A stretch of DNA of 64,000 bases from Eledone cirrhosa (lineage: Eukaryota), in assembly GCA_964016885.1 (NCBI GenBank), contig OZ024741.1, positions 286,812,001 through 286,876,000 on the forward strand, read 5' to 3'. The notes beneath the pieces were generated by a model. The model did no database searches. It was not told the DNA's origin and saw nothing but the letters and a program-made list of their open reading frames with translations. Below, one piece after another: positions 13,479 to 30,981 of the stretch; position 1 is the first letter of the stretch; every line of letters begins with the position of its first letter. The position numbers and the translations under genes are program-made.

Positions 13479-13514
13479 TCTTCTGATGAAGGACTAGCGT
13501 CCGAAACGTTAAGA
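13479..13514 (+). ncRNA. Minimal type I hammerhead (family B), intact core
   Basis: UCUU-CUGAUGA-A-GGAC(UAGC)GUCC-GAAA-CG-UU^AAGA. Confidence 0.8.
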
Positions 13515-13751
13515 CCCGCTTCCTGCTATATAAAGCGTTAACCTAATATATACCTTCCATATATTGTACCGATTGTGTTGTTATTTCTGTTTACCTTTTA
13601 TTTCTGTTTATATATATATATATATATGGGTGCATAAGAGTATGAAAAAGAAAGTAGGAAAAGTGAATGTGTACGCGCGTGTGAGAAAAAGAGAGGAACA
13701 GAGTGAGTGGGAGAGAAGGGAGTGTATGTATATATGTATTATATACATATA

Positions 13752-13901
<150 letters not shown>

Positions 13902-14587
13902 GACGATGTTCACCGTATCCCTGAACGCCGTAAGGGTAGGTGTCATGAACGGCATCCGGCTGCAAAACTGCCTCAAAAGGTACTGTCCAACCCGTGTAAG
14001 CATGGAAAACTGGACGTAAAATCAATCATGATGATGATGATGGTGGTGGTGGTGACAGTGGTGGTGATGATATGTGTATGTGTAATATGCGTTTGGATTA
14101 CATAATAGTGTAAATGAGCATTATAATGCATATTGAATATACTTTAAATTCAACAAGATTCCTCTAGCTAGCTAGCCCACTTCGTTTTCGAAACGTTTAT
14201 CCTGAAATATGCTAAGGTGTCTCAGAACAACAACAACAACAACAACAGCAACAATAGCTATAACAGCAACAACAAAATAGAAGACAAAATCGCACAAGGA
14301 AGAAATAACTTTAGAATATCAGATAACCTTAAGATATATCTAAGACTACAGTTGATAAAAGAGTCGCTGGAATTATACAGTATCTTTGATGGCAACACTT
14401 CAAAAGATAACACTATTCTTGAACTGTTGTTATGAAAAGATCTCAGAATTGTTAGAGGCGTGCTTGCAATTCCATAACTGGAATGCGTCCAAGAAAAAGA
14501 ATTCTCTGTTACATCAAGAAGTATTTTATATTTGTTTCCTACACATGTAGCACATGTTTCAAAGATGGAGCTTTCACCAAATGTTTT

Positions 14588-14675
<88 letters not shown>

Positions 14676-15063
14676 CCATTAAATAGTTTATCATTAACCG
14701 CATAAATACTACTTAAGGGTTTTTACGTAATTGGCATGCTTGACACAATTGAAAAGAGTTTACACGATTTTGATAAAAATATTTTGTTTCTGTTAAGGCC
14801 TTTGATACCAAACCGCTTAAAACTAACCCTAGTTATACACTTCAAAATTGTTTGTTTTAAAGTGTTTTATGTTTATTCGTATTTACATAATACAATATCA
14901 TTTATAGAATGAACAAGACTATGCAATACTAAAAAAAAGATGTCACGGATAGAATAAGAGAGAAAAATGGAAGGGAATGATTAAAAAAAGAGGAGTGAAA
15001 ATGCGTATAATCAATCATCTACCACATGGGGTACAGGAGCCTGCCTCTAATAATGTTTTAGAC

Positions 15064-15388
15064 CAGAGGTTCTCAAACATTTTGAGCCAGGACCCCTTAA
15101 TACCCCCTTACGACCACTTAATACCCTCAGCGCCCCAACCCCTTATTTCCAGAGAAACCTTCCTACACGCAAATTGTAAATAATATATAAATAAAATCAT
15201 TAATTCATATATAAATAATATAATATATATTATGTATAAATAAATATTATATATATATTTTTTATTTTACTATATTTATATATAATATGTATCATTTGAT
15301 ATTTAATGTAGTATTGTATCATCTTTACCACCCCTCCATCCCCCTTAGGCCCTCCGGACCTTCTCAACGCCTCCTGGGAGAACCTCTG
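15064..15388. mobile_element. hAT (Charlie-like) MITE
   Basis: TIRs CAGAGGTTCTC / GAGAACCTCTG and a perfect 8-bp TSD TTTTAGAC. Confidence 0.88.
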
Positions 15389-15475
15389 TTTTAGACAAAG
15401 CAACGCACTCGCAGCATTTCCGTGAGTAATACCTAGGCTAAAGCGCTAGAATAACCAATAACCAGGCAAGTGTTT

Positions 15476-15810
15476 GTATGCAGCATGCATGAACTGAAGG
15501 AGTTGTAGGGATGCCGTAGTGATAGACAGCGTTTCTAGGGCATTTTTGAACCTGGCGGAGCCCATCTCCTCTCCAGGTTTGAATACAGCAGATTTCTTCC
15601 AGAGAAGGAAAGAGAGTAAGAAAATAGGAGAAATAGATATAGAGGAAGAATCGACTCCCGTAATAGACTGGTACATTTTTATCGACCTTGAATGGATGAA
15701 AGGCAAAGTTGACCTCGGCTGGATTTGAACTCAGAGAGCAGAAAGCCAAAATAAATACCATAAAGCATTCTATCCAACGTTTTAATGACGCTGCAAATTC
15801 GCCGCCTTAA
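15476..15810 (-). mobile_element. Long-tail variant of the tRNA-derived SINE
   Basis: Same head and central domain as the main family, with an extra 3' segment shared with 47981-48295. TSD GCAAGTGTTT. Confidence 0.8.
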
Positions 15811-17107
15811 GCAAGTGTTTATATATATCTATAAACTTTCTGTCATAACTTTATGCAAAACCCTTTAAGTTATATTTCAAACATCAACCTAATAATGATA
15901 AAGTTAGTTATATTACTAAATCTCCCAACATTGTTGGTTGTTTTCAAAATTATTTGAAAATCATAAGCAATGTTTTTCATTGGAATTATGGTACGAAAAG
16001 CGTTTATCTGAAAACCGTAATACTCATAGGAGCCCAGTATCGAGAAATGAAGTGTCCTGTTCAATAAAGTAACATGCCACTTGATCCAAAAAAATCGAAC
16101 TCTTGATTTTATGTCCAACATCCCAACCACTAGGCCACGAGCCTTCATTTTACTCTTAAAAAAAAAAAAAAAAAAAGAAAAAAAGAAAATCCTAAGGTGT
16201 TTGGTGGCATCGAAAATAGCCAATAAGCTTGAAATACGTATCTTATGATTTTTAATATCTAAATGAAGCTTTCAGACTATTTCAATGCTTGGTATCAATA
16301 TTTTATAGAATTTCATACTTAAAAAGTATATTTATTTATTTATTTATTTATTGTAATCAGCGGACATCTTTATTTCATGACTACAATAAACCAAGGAAAT
16401 CACAAAAAGGTCATGCAAACATTTTATGATCTTTGCCGTCAAAATGGGGAATGCATGCGTTACCTTAACTTTTTCATTACCATGCTTCTAACGAAAGACA
16501 CTGCCTGCGATTTCCAAATAACTTTGGAATTAATAAAGCTTTTGGAGATATTTAATAATAGGACTAACTTTGTAGGTTCGATACCACCGTATGCATCGAA
16601 ACCGGGTTTTTACGTAATCTATCGTAACGTTGTTACGTAAACTATAGTTGGTGGTTGAAGCAGCGAGCGTTGTTCTCCGCGTATCCGAGTCTCTTACGTG
16701 TTTTTGTCCTCGATGGGCTCATTTTGCTAAATTTCTCATTATTAAGTTTCTTACCTAGAATTATAATAGAATTATGCTGAAGGATGTTTAGATAAAATCT
16801 GTATCATAACCAGAGGCGATTTCAGACGGTTTGATATCAAAACAGCTCAAGTTAACAAGAAAAGTGCGTTGAAAGATCCAGTCAACACCATGGGGGTCCA
16901 TCGTGTGAATGATCGTCTCTAACACGATCGACTTGGGTAGAAAAATGGTTTGCAGGCCCAGAAAGCCATATGTTCCCACCATTGTGAATTAATTAATCAC
17001 TAAGTAAATATGGGCCCTGAAATTGGCTAATAGGGCCCCGTCGTGGTATTTAAACCTGGCTTAGCTCGTCTGTGTCCAGGTCTGAGCTTAGCCGATTTCT
17101 TCCAGAG

Positions 17108-17193
<86 letters not shown>

Positions 17194-17581
17194 CAATCAG
17201 CTCCAGGATTAGACTGGTACTTTATTTATCGACCTTGAAAGGATGAAAGGCAAAATTGATCTCGGCGGAATTTGAACTCAAGCCGCAGAAAGCCGGAACG
17301 AATATAGCAAAGCATTTTATCTGAAGTCCGAAAGACTTTCAATTCGAGGCCTTATATAAGTAAATATACAAGTTATATACCGCATTTTCTCGTGTATAAT
17401 ACAAAACATTTTGAACTAGCATTAAGGGGGAAATGGTGGGGTCGTATAACAGACGAGTACATTTATTCTAGAAGTTTTTACTGAGCCTAAACATATTCAT
17501 TTCAAATGGTAAGATTATTGTGTATTTTATATATCGGCATATTTGAAATTAGAGAACTAACATAATTTGAATGTTGTTTGT

Positions 17582-18150
17582 CTTCTTCTTCTTCTTCTTC
17601 TTCTTCTTCACTCACTTATTCCTGGGGAGTTCGTTGCGGCAGAATACTCAAGCTCGCCGCCCAGCGTGTCCTTTCAGAAGCAACCGTCTCCTTTTTGATC
17701 CAGCTGGAACCCCAACCGAGACCAGCTGAACTCTTGGATGTTATCAAATCATCTTGTTTGGGGTCTTCCCCTACGTTTTCTGCTAGTTGCTTTTTCTCGT
17801 AAAATCTGTCCAGCTACTCTTTCCTTAGACATTCTGACCAAAGGTCTAAGGAAAGAATTGCCGGAAAGAAGGCAGGAGGCCGAATTAAGTGCAAGAATTG
17901 CAGAAGCTGATGCGCATTACTGCACCAGCTTCTGCAATTTTTGCACTTAATTCAGCCTCCTGCCTTCCATCACCTGTGAACACCCCCCCGAAATACTTAA
18001 ACTCCTCCACCTGCTTCAGTGGAACTCCACTCACATAGAGAGTGCACTACACAGGCTTGAGAGGATGGGTGTTTCAGTCTTCGCAGCACTAATTTTCATT
18101 CCTGTCAAGAAATCCCACAAATCTAGCAAGTCCAACTCGACCTGCAAACA
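17582..18150 (-). mobile_element. RTE LINE 3' fragment with internal hairpin
   Basis: (GAA)n tail and RRGRPQTRWFD-like C-terminus. Related to 62195-62470. Palindrome at about 17868-17968. Confidence 0.7.
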
Positions 18151-18781
18151 GGAAATTGATAACATGAATTAAGAAAAGGACAATATAAAATCTGATGTTT
18201 TATTCACGATATTGTTAGAACTGAGAGGTCGGTGGATAGGCAGATTCTTTAGAGTGTTGGACAAAATGCAGCATTTGTTTCGGTTCTTTACATTCTGAGG
18301 TCAAATCTCACCGAAGGATAGAAGGTAAAGTTGACCTCGGCGAGATTTGACCTCAGAGCGCTGGAACGAATACCATAAATATTCGACATTCTACGAACTC
18401 TGCCAATTCTCCGCTTTTATAATCATACCAAACAGAAAAGTATATCAACTTGACTAACACCTTTAAAATATGACTAGAAACGTACTATGTAAAGTATATT
18501 TGACAAACCTAGATTGTGATACATCTTGTTCTGATCACATTACGGAAATAACTAAGCCTGTATTTTCCACTACACAGTCCATACCAAATCTTGTGACAGG
18601 TAATAACATCATGCAACCGTCACCAAATCTTTGGATATTCCCACAACACTACTATGTGGCAAAAACATTTTATTTAAGTTTTGATCGTAGGAAAGTATGA
18701 TATATTTAATTTAATTATGTGTAGCGAATAGATGTATTCTTTGCAGGATGAATGATAACAAGAATGATGCAAGAATTGTGA

Positions 18782-19561
18782 TGGTGATAATGTTTATTTT
18801 ATAATAATAAAATTTACTTGTTGGTACATCGAATAACGAGTAATAAAATCGCGACAGCAATTATCACTACATTCATTTTCTTACTAGCTACTCCGAGCTA
18901 GCATGTATCATGTATCAAATAAAACGATACAATAGAAGTTGTGTCATACTTTTCAGTAGTAGAGAAATGACAAGGAAGGCTAAAGGATAGGTAAGTGTAG
19001 AAGGAAACAATATGAGAAAACCTACTGTGTGTGTCCTTAGCATACGTTGTTCCTGTAGTTGGTCAATCTGTCAAGCTTGGTAGATGTGAGAGAATAGTAG
19101 ATAGAAAACTGTATCCGTCAAGAGATATTCATAGTGTTAGTAGAACGTCCTTCTGTAGCCTGTGTTATCTCTATCACTGCTGGTGTAGTCTGTGGCCGAG
19201 AAGGTGAGAGTCCATAAGGACAGGAGAGAGAGTAAAAGGTCTGTAGAAAGCGGATGTTTTACATCGTTATTCTCTCAAGGACTGCTGCTTCGTATCCTCT
19301 GGTTCGGTTCTCAAAGCGATTGTATTTATAATTATACTGTAGCTAGAAGGATGTGTATATGGGTTAATTTAGGAGTAGCCATATGTGTTTCGCCTGTCAA
19401 GTGCCTGGGGTCGCAGGTCAAGTGGTATATACGTTTATCATAGTTGTCTTCTGACAGTACAATGGTGAGAATTCCTAATAATAGGTGGTTTTAGAGGCGA
19501 GAACTTTTAGATTCGGTTTCGAATCTTCGCCAGGTAAAAAATATAGTAGAATTCTGTTACA
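18782..19561 (-). mobile_element. Putative solo LTR, homologue of 12463-13119
   Basis: Shared GGCGAAGATTCGAAACCGAATCT block, TGTAAC start and TTATAAAATAAACATT end. Confidence 0.5.
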
Positions 19562-20625
19562 TATGCAAATATATATAATACAGTAATGCTTTAACCCTTT
19601 TGGCGTCAAAGCTCCTGAAAACACCATTGGTTCTATGTGGTTTAGTGTTTTGGATGTTCTTCTCAAAATCATAAGGTAATGAGTTCGCGCAAGACACTTT
19701 ATTTCATATTGCCCAAGTCCACTCGGCTGGCAAGAAGGAGTTGTACCTGTAATTCAAAGAGTTACTATTGTCACACAATGTATCACGCTGAATCTTCCTG
19801 AGAACTACATTAAGGGTGTATGTGGGATGCTCAGACACTTACACGTTAATTTCACGAGTAGGCTGTTCCGTTGATTGAACAACTGAAAGTCCCACAACAA
19901 CAGTAACAATATTTATTTAAAAACCTTTCATCATAATTTTATGTACGAACATATGTACGAACATATGTTTAATAAAAGTGTTTATTCTAGGTGCAAGGCC
20001 AACGATTGTGTATGTGTTGGTGGAGGGGGGTGGGAGAAAGTCGAGTATATCGAGTATATCGAACAATTGGCTGGTACTTTATTTTATCGACCTTGGAAGA
20101 ATGTAGAGACCAGGTACAATGCCGTAGAGAATTTTGTCCGATGCTCAAAATAGTTTGCCAATCCAGCACCTGAAACACCAATTTAATAATGAGAAATTTA
20201 ATAATGTTTCTAAAGCCTTCCAAAATTTGAATATTTTCAAAATCGTAGGCAGTATCATTCATCAGAAATATGGTAACAGTTATGATTCAGAAATGTGCCC
20301 CCCACCTAATATTTGCAACGTAGGGGGCTGTTTAGTTGGCTTTAATTATAGCGCTGGCCCTGTCTATATATGTGAGATGTTAGCGCTTCTGTATGTGTAT
20401 TTAAGTAGGCAGAAAAAATCCCTCGGGTTACTGTTTTTTTCAATCATCTTGTTGATATACTCCCACCTTACTTAGCCAAAGTTAGTGATGAAAGAATCAC
20501 TATGTAAATATACAGGATTGTACATTCATTAGTGTAGGAAAATAGATTTGTTGAGAGATTAGATAAATGAATCTTATTTATAGCTATTCATTCACAAGAA
20601 ATTATACATACACACACACACACAC

Positions 20626-20727
<102 letters not shown>

Positions 20728-20976
20728 GTGTGCGTGTGTGTGTATGTGTGTGAAAGAGAGAGAGAGAGTGTGTGTGTGTGTAGTATGAGGTTCACTAGCA
20801 TCCGAAGTGTATTTTAAAGTTATATCTATATAAATACAGGGTGTGTAAGCGAGATTGCACCAACGTATATATATATATATATATATATGTATATTAAATA
20901 TATATACATATCTAATATGTAGGCGTGTAAAGATGCCAGAAAATACGAATTTCCCTGTAAATTGAAAATATAGTAA

Positions 20977-21025
20977 ACATCTTTAATCGATTTTAGGATC
21001 TCATTGGACCCTCATCAGAAGACGT
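20977..21025 (-). ncRNA. Hammerhead family A, second copy (GAAA mutated to UAAA)
   Basis: ACGUCUU-CUGAUGA-GGGUC(CAAUGA)GAUCC-UAAA-AUCGAU-UA-AAGAUGU. Stem I has U-A where the 1401 copy has C-G. Confidence 0.75.
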
Positions 21026-21222
21026 GTACATCATCCAATCAACCACAAGGAAACATCTACTTCATATATACCCATATGCATATAGTATTATATAATTAGC
21101 GCTCGCTCATGTTGGTAATTAATTTGATACATAGTAAGAAGTGTGCGAGGAGCCGAAGTAGATGATAAAGTTATATTTGTATAAATATAGGATTATATAT
21201 ATATAACCGAGATTGCACCAAC

Positions 21223-21344
<122 letters not shown>

Positions 21345-21369
21345 TTTCGCTCTACTTGGCTGAATACAA

Positions 21370-21843
21370 TAAATGTAATCTGAGTTTTTCGAATATTAAT
21401 AATAATATTCGATTCGTTTGCAATTATGCAAACAAGCCTCATGTCAGTAGAATGAGCCCCTCATTCTTGCTCTTGTGTTGGCATGTAAACAGAAGTGCAG
21501 ACACTAATGTTTCTGGGTATCACCCTTCATTAGTACAGTTCACTGTTTACCTGCCAACTGTCAGTCTGCTAATATACAAATCAGGCCGATCAATCACTGT
21601 ATATTTTAGAAAATAGCATATATTTTCACTAGCTCTGACAGTTGGCAGGTAAACAGTGAACTGTACTGACGAAGGGTAATACTTAGAAACATTAGTGTCT
21701 GCAGTTCTGTTTACATGCCAACACAACAGCAAGAAAGAGGGGCTCATTCTACTGACATGACTTTAAAAATGGGGCTTGCTTGCATAATTGCAAACGAATC
21801 GAATATTATTATTAATATTCGAAAAACTCATATCACATTTATT
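21370..21843. repeat. Fold-back element
   Basis: Arms about 21370-21562 and 21637-21843 are reverse complements. Confidence 0.9.
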
Positions 21844-21846
21844 ATA

Positions 21847-22742
<896 letters not shown>

Positions 22743-23106
22743 TTAAAACAATGAAATAAAAAATCAAGTCATTAGAGATATACTTCACTGTTTTACGATC
22801 GTTTCTAGCTTTGAGAACAGCTGGTGATATGCATGTAAGTAAATATTTTCTCTCTATCTGATAGTTTGTAAACTTACATAGATCAATAGTTGAGTATAGA
22901 TACAATGTATTATCACAATCTAGAAACGATTGTAAAGCAGTGAACTTGATTTTTTATTTCATTGTTTTAACTTATATCATGACTCTGTATTCCTTTTAAT
23001 GTTTTATTGTTTTCTGAGATTTATCTTAACCTACAACATTTTCAACATATGGATTACATTGAGTTCTTCATACAGAATAGACCCCACAACTTACAGTGGA
23101 TACCTC

Positions 23107-23148
<42 letters not shown>

Positions 23149-23211
23149 CAATTTGAAGACTAAAATCCAAGGGTGAAAGCACTGATTCTTTGCTTAAACT
23201 TTAATCTGTTA

Positions 23212-23268
<57 letters not shown>

Positions 23269-23335
23269 CTTATATGTAGGCTTGTAAACATGGCAGAAAA
23301 TACGAATTTCTCTGAAAACTTAAAGACTGATAAAC

Positions 23336-23389
<54 letters not shown>

Positions 23390-23555
23390 ATGTTATTAGG
23401 TGAGTAACTTGTAGTTACTAGCGGCGACGCACTCAATGCTGTTACTGTGTCCGTCTCTCTGTGCCCAAGGCTTAAGGCGGCTGTAGTTTGCAGAGTGTAT
23501 ATAAAGTGACAGTAAGAATTGTAGCTTTTTGGATGGGATCACCCATGTTAACTCT

Positions 23556-23642
23556 CATATATGAAGAAGTATCGATTAAGAGTCGGGATCCGATCGCATG
23601 ATCAAACCCGGGCTGACCGATATGAAAACCATTTGTAATATG
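23556..23642 (+). ncRNA. Degenerate long-stem-II hammerhead (family F)
   Basis: CAUAU-AUGAAGA-A-GUAUCG...CGAUAU-GAAA..GUA-AUAUG. First core C mutated. AATAAA follows. Confidence 0.55.
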
Positions 23643-23689
23643 TAATAAAGTTTACAAAAACCTGCAACTTATATTGTTACTTTATCTAT

Positions 23690-23840
<151 letters not shown>

Positions 23841-24298
23841 TATATAAATAAAATTAGTCCTTCATCAGTGATCTTCCAGCCTTCATTGGTATTTCTTCGC
23901 TTTAAAGATAATATACCTCTAGTTGGTGCAAGCAATAACTAAAGAAAGTTATTGGGACACGTAAAATAGGGTGAAGCGGGCGAGACATGTAAACAAACAT
24001 AGATGGTAATGTAACGGATAGAGAGGAGAGGAGAAACAAGTCCGTGATATCTGTGAACATAAGTTCGGTGAATTCATAGATGAGGAGAGATACAGACCAT
24101 CCGACCTGGGCGAGATGTGAGCGAGAAAAGGATTTCACACAGGTCAAACGGGAGGAAGTGTGAGAGGGGGAGAAGCAGAGAGTGAGTGAGTGAAAGTGTG
24201 AGGAAGAGGCTAGCGGAGAGAGAGTGACTGGCAGAGGGGGTAAAAAGAAGGTGAGAGATACAGAGAAAGAAACAGACAGGTCGCAGCGGAGGAAATAT

Positions 24299-24390
<92 letters not shown>

Positions 24391-24516
24391 TAATATATAT
24401 ATACACACATAGGGTGTCCACACTTCAACAGCATTCTATTAAATATTGTCTATGCAGGTAATCAAAGTGGGTATACAATTTTTGGGACATCCTGCACACA
24501 CACACACACACACACA

Positions 24517-24629
<113 letters not shown>

Positions 24630-25165
24630 CACAATAATAATAAATGAAAAATATTCTCATAACCAAAATATATATTTTATTATACATACGAGCATGTCTA
24701 GTGTGTATATTGATATTATACGCAAGTATATATACATGTAGATATGATCAAATAAAATCGTAATTGACAATATACACAGAAATTGAAAGAAGACTGTGTT
24801 ACATTGTTTTATGTAATCAGTAACGTAATCCATGATACATTAAAAAAAGACGATATTATATAATAACTACATTAGGAGAAAATTAGTATGTTTATTTAAG
24901 CGATCGTCACTGGAAGTGTTGACATCACACACTCTCTTTCTCTATATATATAGTAGTTGAAGTGGTGGTGGTGGCAACGATATACCGGAAGTACAACTTG
25001 GAAAAGAAGTCAATTTTAAATTATTTATTTTTACGAAATTATTTTTGTTTACGAAATTTAGTAGATAAATTATGTAATATTCATTCATTATTTATTCAAA
25101 GTAATCCAATTAATTTTACTAATGGAATAAAAAAAAATAAACCGTACGCAGTCCCGCAGACTTCC

Positions 25166-25225
25166 TTTATTATAGTTTAGATTTCAAAGGTACAATGGTG
25201 TTTCAGTTCCTTTTCATCAGATAAA
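25166..25225 (-). ncRNA. Hammerhead (family H)
   Basis: UUUAU-CUGAUGA-AAAGG...CCUUU-GAAA-...-UA^AUAAA. Stem III is not palindromic. Confidence 0.6.
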
Positions 25226-25398
25226 ATATATGAGAGATTGGATATGCGAATGTCGCATATCCAATCTCTCGCTACGGTTTTGATTATTCAATTCTAGTAG
25301 TGGTTATATATATATATTCACTCTCATCCGGGAACAGTTTTGTATGGCGTCAGTTTGTGATTTAAACTCGGGAATTTTATATTCTCCGAGCGAGAAGA

Positions 25399-25480
25399 GC
25401 CTTCTGAAGAGAATCCCCTTCTCAATGGAAATCCGCTTGGATTATCCGTTTATTTTGGGACTTGAAACCGCGGTAAAGGC
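25399..25480 (+). ncRNA. Type I hammerhead (family G) with extended stem II, intact core
   Basis: GCCUU-CUGAAGA-GAAUCCC..AAUGGA-AAUCC(GCUU)GGAUU-A-UCCGUU..GGGACUU-GAAA-CCGCGG-UA^AAGGC. Confidence 0.85.
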
Positions 25481-25548
25481 ACATATAGTAAGTACAGAAA
25501 ATTTTTTTTTATTTATTTAAAAACTTTTTCTCTATTTGCTAGACCTGG

Positions 25549-25611
<63 letters not shown>

Positions 25612-25615
25612 TAAC

Positions 25616-27564
<1,949 letters not shown>

Positions 27565-27617
27565 TATTAATATATAAGGGAACAAAGAATCAGTGTTGCA
27601 TCATATACATATTTAAT

Positions 27618-27687
<70 letters not shown>

Positions 27688-27690
<3 letters not shown>

Positions 27691-28770
27691 GGGCGGTGGA
27701 ACAGATGTGTCAGGGGTCCATGGACTCCCCCGCCCAATAATTATACTTTTCTCCCCAAACTGTATAGTTAATGTAGAGAGGGGCAGCGTTTGGTGTTAAT
27801 TGATATAGAGATAGGATCGGAAGAGAGTAACGTGTAATAGATACAGAGGGAGAATTTGGTGGTTGTAGATATACAGAGAGGGATAATGAAGAGTGCCGTC
27901 TAGTAGATATAGAGAGGGTGAGAGTTTAGGGGTGTTTAATATACAGAGGGGGTTTGGGGGAGATAAGTGTAAACATTTATAGAGAATGAGGGAGTATATT
28001 ATTCTTATATATAGAGAGAGAGTGGGATAAGAGAGGCAGTGTCGTGGTATATATAGAGAGGGGTAGAGTCTGGCATTATTAAATACAGAGAGATTAAAAG
28101 AGAGTTTTGTGTGATAGACATTGAGAGGAGGAGAGTTTTGTGACAATCTCGGGTCCCAAATAATAGGAGGGGTGGCAATAATGGTGGGGGAACATCTGTA
28201 ATTGTGTAGTGTACGTTCGTAAATATGGGATTTCTGGTAATGTTCTTCTTTTGTCATACATAATGTGTTTTTCGTATTGTAAAATAAAATAATTATTAGA
28301 TTCTCTTGCTGCAGTATCAATATGGTAATAACATTCCGCCGGAGATAGATTTAATAAGCGGGTGGGAGTAGGGGAAATCTGACAAATTAATAAAAGAGGG
28401 GTGGGGACAATTATTCAATATAGGAGATGAATGAATTGGGTATAATACCAGTTTCTTACCAAATGCGAAGAAGCTCGATATATTAACCCCTTAAGACACA
28501 GGGCATAATGTTTTTGATTATATATATACAGAGGCGGTGGAACTTGTGGGTGGGGGCATGGTCCTTCCAATAATTATATGTTTCTCCCCAAAGTAGCAAA
28601 ACATACATCTATTTGGATATGAGCTACAAGTTATGTTATGTTATGTTTATCGCATATTGAAGTTTTCTGACCATTTTAGAGCGCAAAGAGCTAAACTAAT
28701 CACTTCAACTAAATTGTCCAAATTTGCTCCCCCCACCCCACTCCTAATTCAGAAATGCTTCTACCGGGAA
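27688..28770. repeat. Dispersed repeat with purine-rich degenerate subrepeats
   Basis: CAGGGGCGGTGGAAC-type ends and GATATAGAGAGGG-like subrepeats. An inverted, expanded homologue lies at about 38915-40770. Confidence 0.6.
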
Positions 28771-30406
28771 GCTGTAGAGGGGAGGCTAGTATGTATGGGC
28801 GACCACTGGTCTTCCGCAGACAGACTTGCGCGGACTTATGCCTCGGAGGGAAACTTTCTAGGTGCAAATCCTATGGTCATTCGTGACCGAAGGGGGTCTT
28901 AAATACACATATATATATACACACATATATATGCATATACATATGCATATACTTAAGCTTATGCATATACATATATATGCATATGCATACATATATATGT
29001 ATAGAAAGCATATTACATAGTACCAAATCATACTCGATTGGGAGTGATTGCTGAAGTAGTTAGTTTCCACTAATAGTTTTTATTAAAGGCTCATACCATT
29101 TAAGGCCGTGAGTTCGATTTCCGGTGGCGTGTGCTGTCACTGAACATGACACTATATTTCACATTGCTCCAGTCCAATTAGCTGAAAAGTTGTACCTGCA
29201 ATTCCAAGGGCCGGTCTGTCAAACACTGTGTCATGGTGTATATCCCTGTAAACTACTAAGGGTACACATGCCTGTGGTATGCTCAGCCACTTTAATATTA
29301 ATTTCATTAGTAATTTGTTCCATTATTTGAACAACTGGAACACTCGTTGTCGAAATCGTTGGAGGTCTGAGACACATACTCATACACGTACATACACACA
29401 CAAACCACTAGAAGACAACTGGTTCATAGCTGGAATGTCTTTGATCACAGGCATGCTTGATCTGATTTCACTTGGAGCTAAAAAACAAATAAACAACAAC
29501 CACCAGCGAAATTATATAAGTTTATATCACTCTTTAAACATAAACCAAGTGCTGGTTATTTAAAAATATATATGTATTTGAATATACTTGTACCAGTGTC
29601 ATGATAAAACGCCCTCAGTACGCTATCTAAGTGGCAGTGTTGGTGTAACAATAAAATATATCCAGTAAACTTTGTATGTGGTTGTACCACGATAAAATGC
29701 ACGCAGTACACTCTGTAAAGTTTTTGGCGTTAGGAAGAACATCCAACTATAGAAATCATGTCAAAAATGGAAACTATGTGGAAGGCAAGACTCTCGCAAG
29801 ATGTCTATTTACAGACCATAAAAACTTCTATAACGCATATTAGCATACAAATCCTCATCATCACCGTTTACCTTCTATTTTGAAAGATTACATGACTTAA
29901 ACAAGTCAGCTTACCATCTCTTCTTCATATGATAGATTTTTTTTATTTTGGGTTCGGTTTTTATGGCTGGATGCCCTTCTTAAGGTCATACACAATACAG
30001 CATGTATTGTTAGGTCTTTTCGTGGCAACCGCACGGCCACTTTACAAGGTAGCCTGGTTGCTTTTTTCATGGCGCCTGTACAACCACCGTACAGAGCTAA
30101 CTGGGTGCTTTTTCGTGGCACCAATATAATCACCTTACCAGGTGGAAAGTGGGTGTCAAATGATGATGATATATAGTGAATATGCTTCTAAATCAACCAT
30201 GTTTCCCGCCCACTTATATTGCGTATAAAATCAAGATGATTCATTCGTAAGATATATTTCAAAAGAAAATAGAATAAATAGTTTGTTTTTACTAGTTGGT
30301 CATACAATCCACAAATTATTTTATTTCATTATTTTTCTTTCTTACACAGTTTCTCAGGATTGGCAAGCAGGTACCGTATAGTAGGAGGTAAGCGTCCTTT
30401 GAGACC

Positions 30407-30557
<151 letters not shown>

Positions 30558-30950
30558 ATATACACATAGACATGTGTGTCTGTGTGCATAAACACACACG
30601 TACACACACACACACACACTCACACACACACACATATATATATACGTATATATGTATCATCATCAACATCGTTTTTGCGTCGACATTCATCCATATTTCT
30701 ATTGCGCTATGGACTTTAAGGAACTTTTTGAGGCAATGCTTTAGAGCAGAAAGCCTATTACTGACGCAAACACTATCAGTAGCTTCTTACAATAAGCATA
30801 GAATCGGTATACTTATTCCAAACCGGTACACATATATACACATACATACATACATACATACATACATACATACATACATACATACATACATACATACATA
30901 CATACATGCATACATACATGCATACATGCATACATACATACATACATACA

Positions 30951-30981
<31 letters not shown>

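Noticed and set aside
16788-16982. Possible Tc1 transposase remnant (HGVDWIFQ)
   Set aside because: Too short and degraded to support a call.
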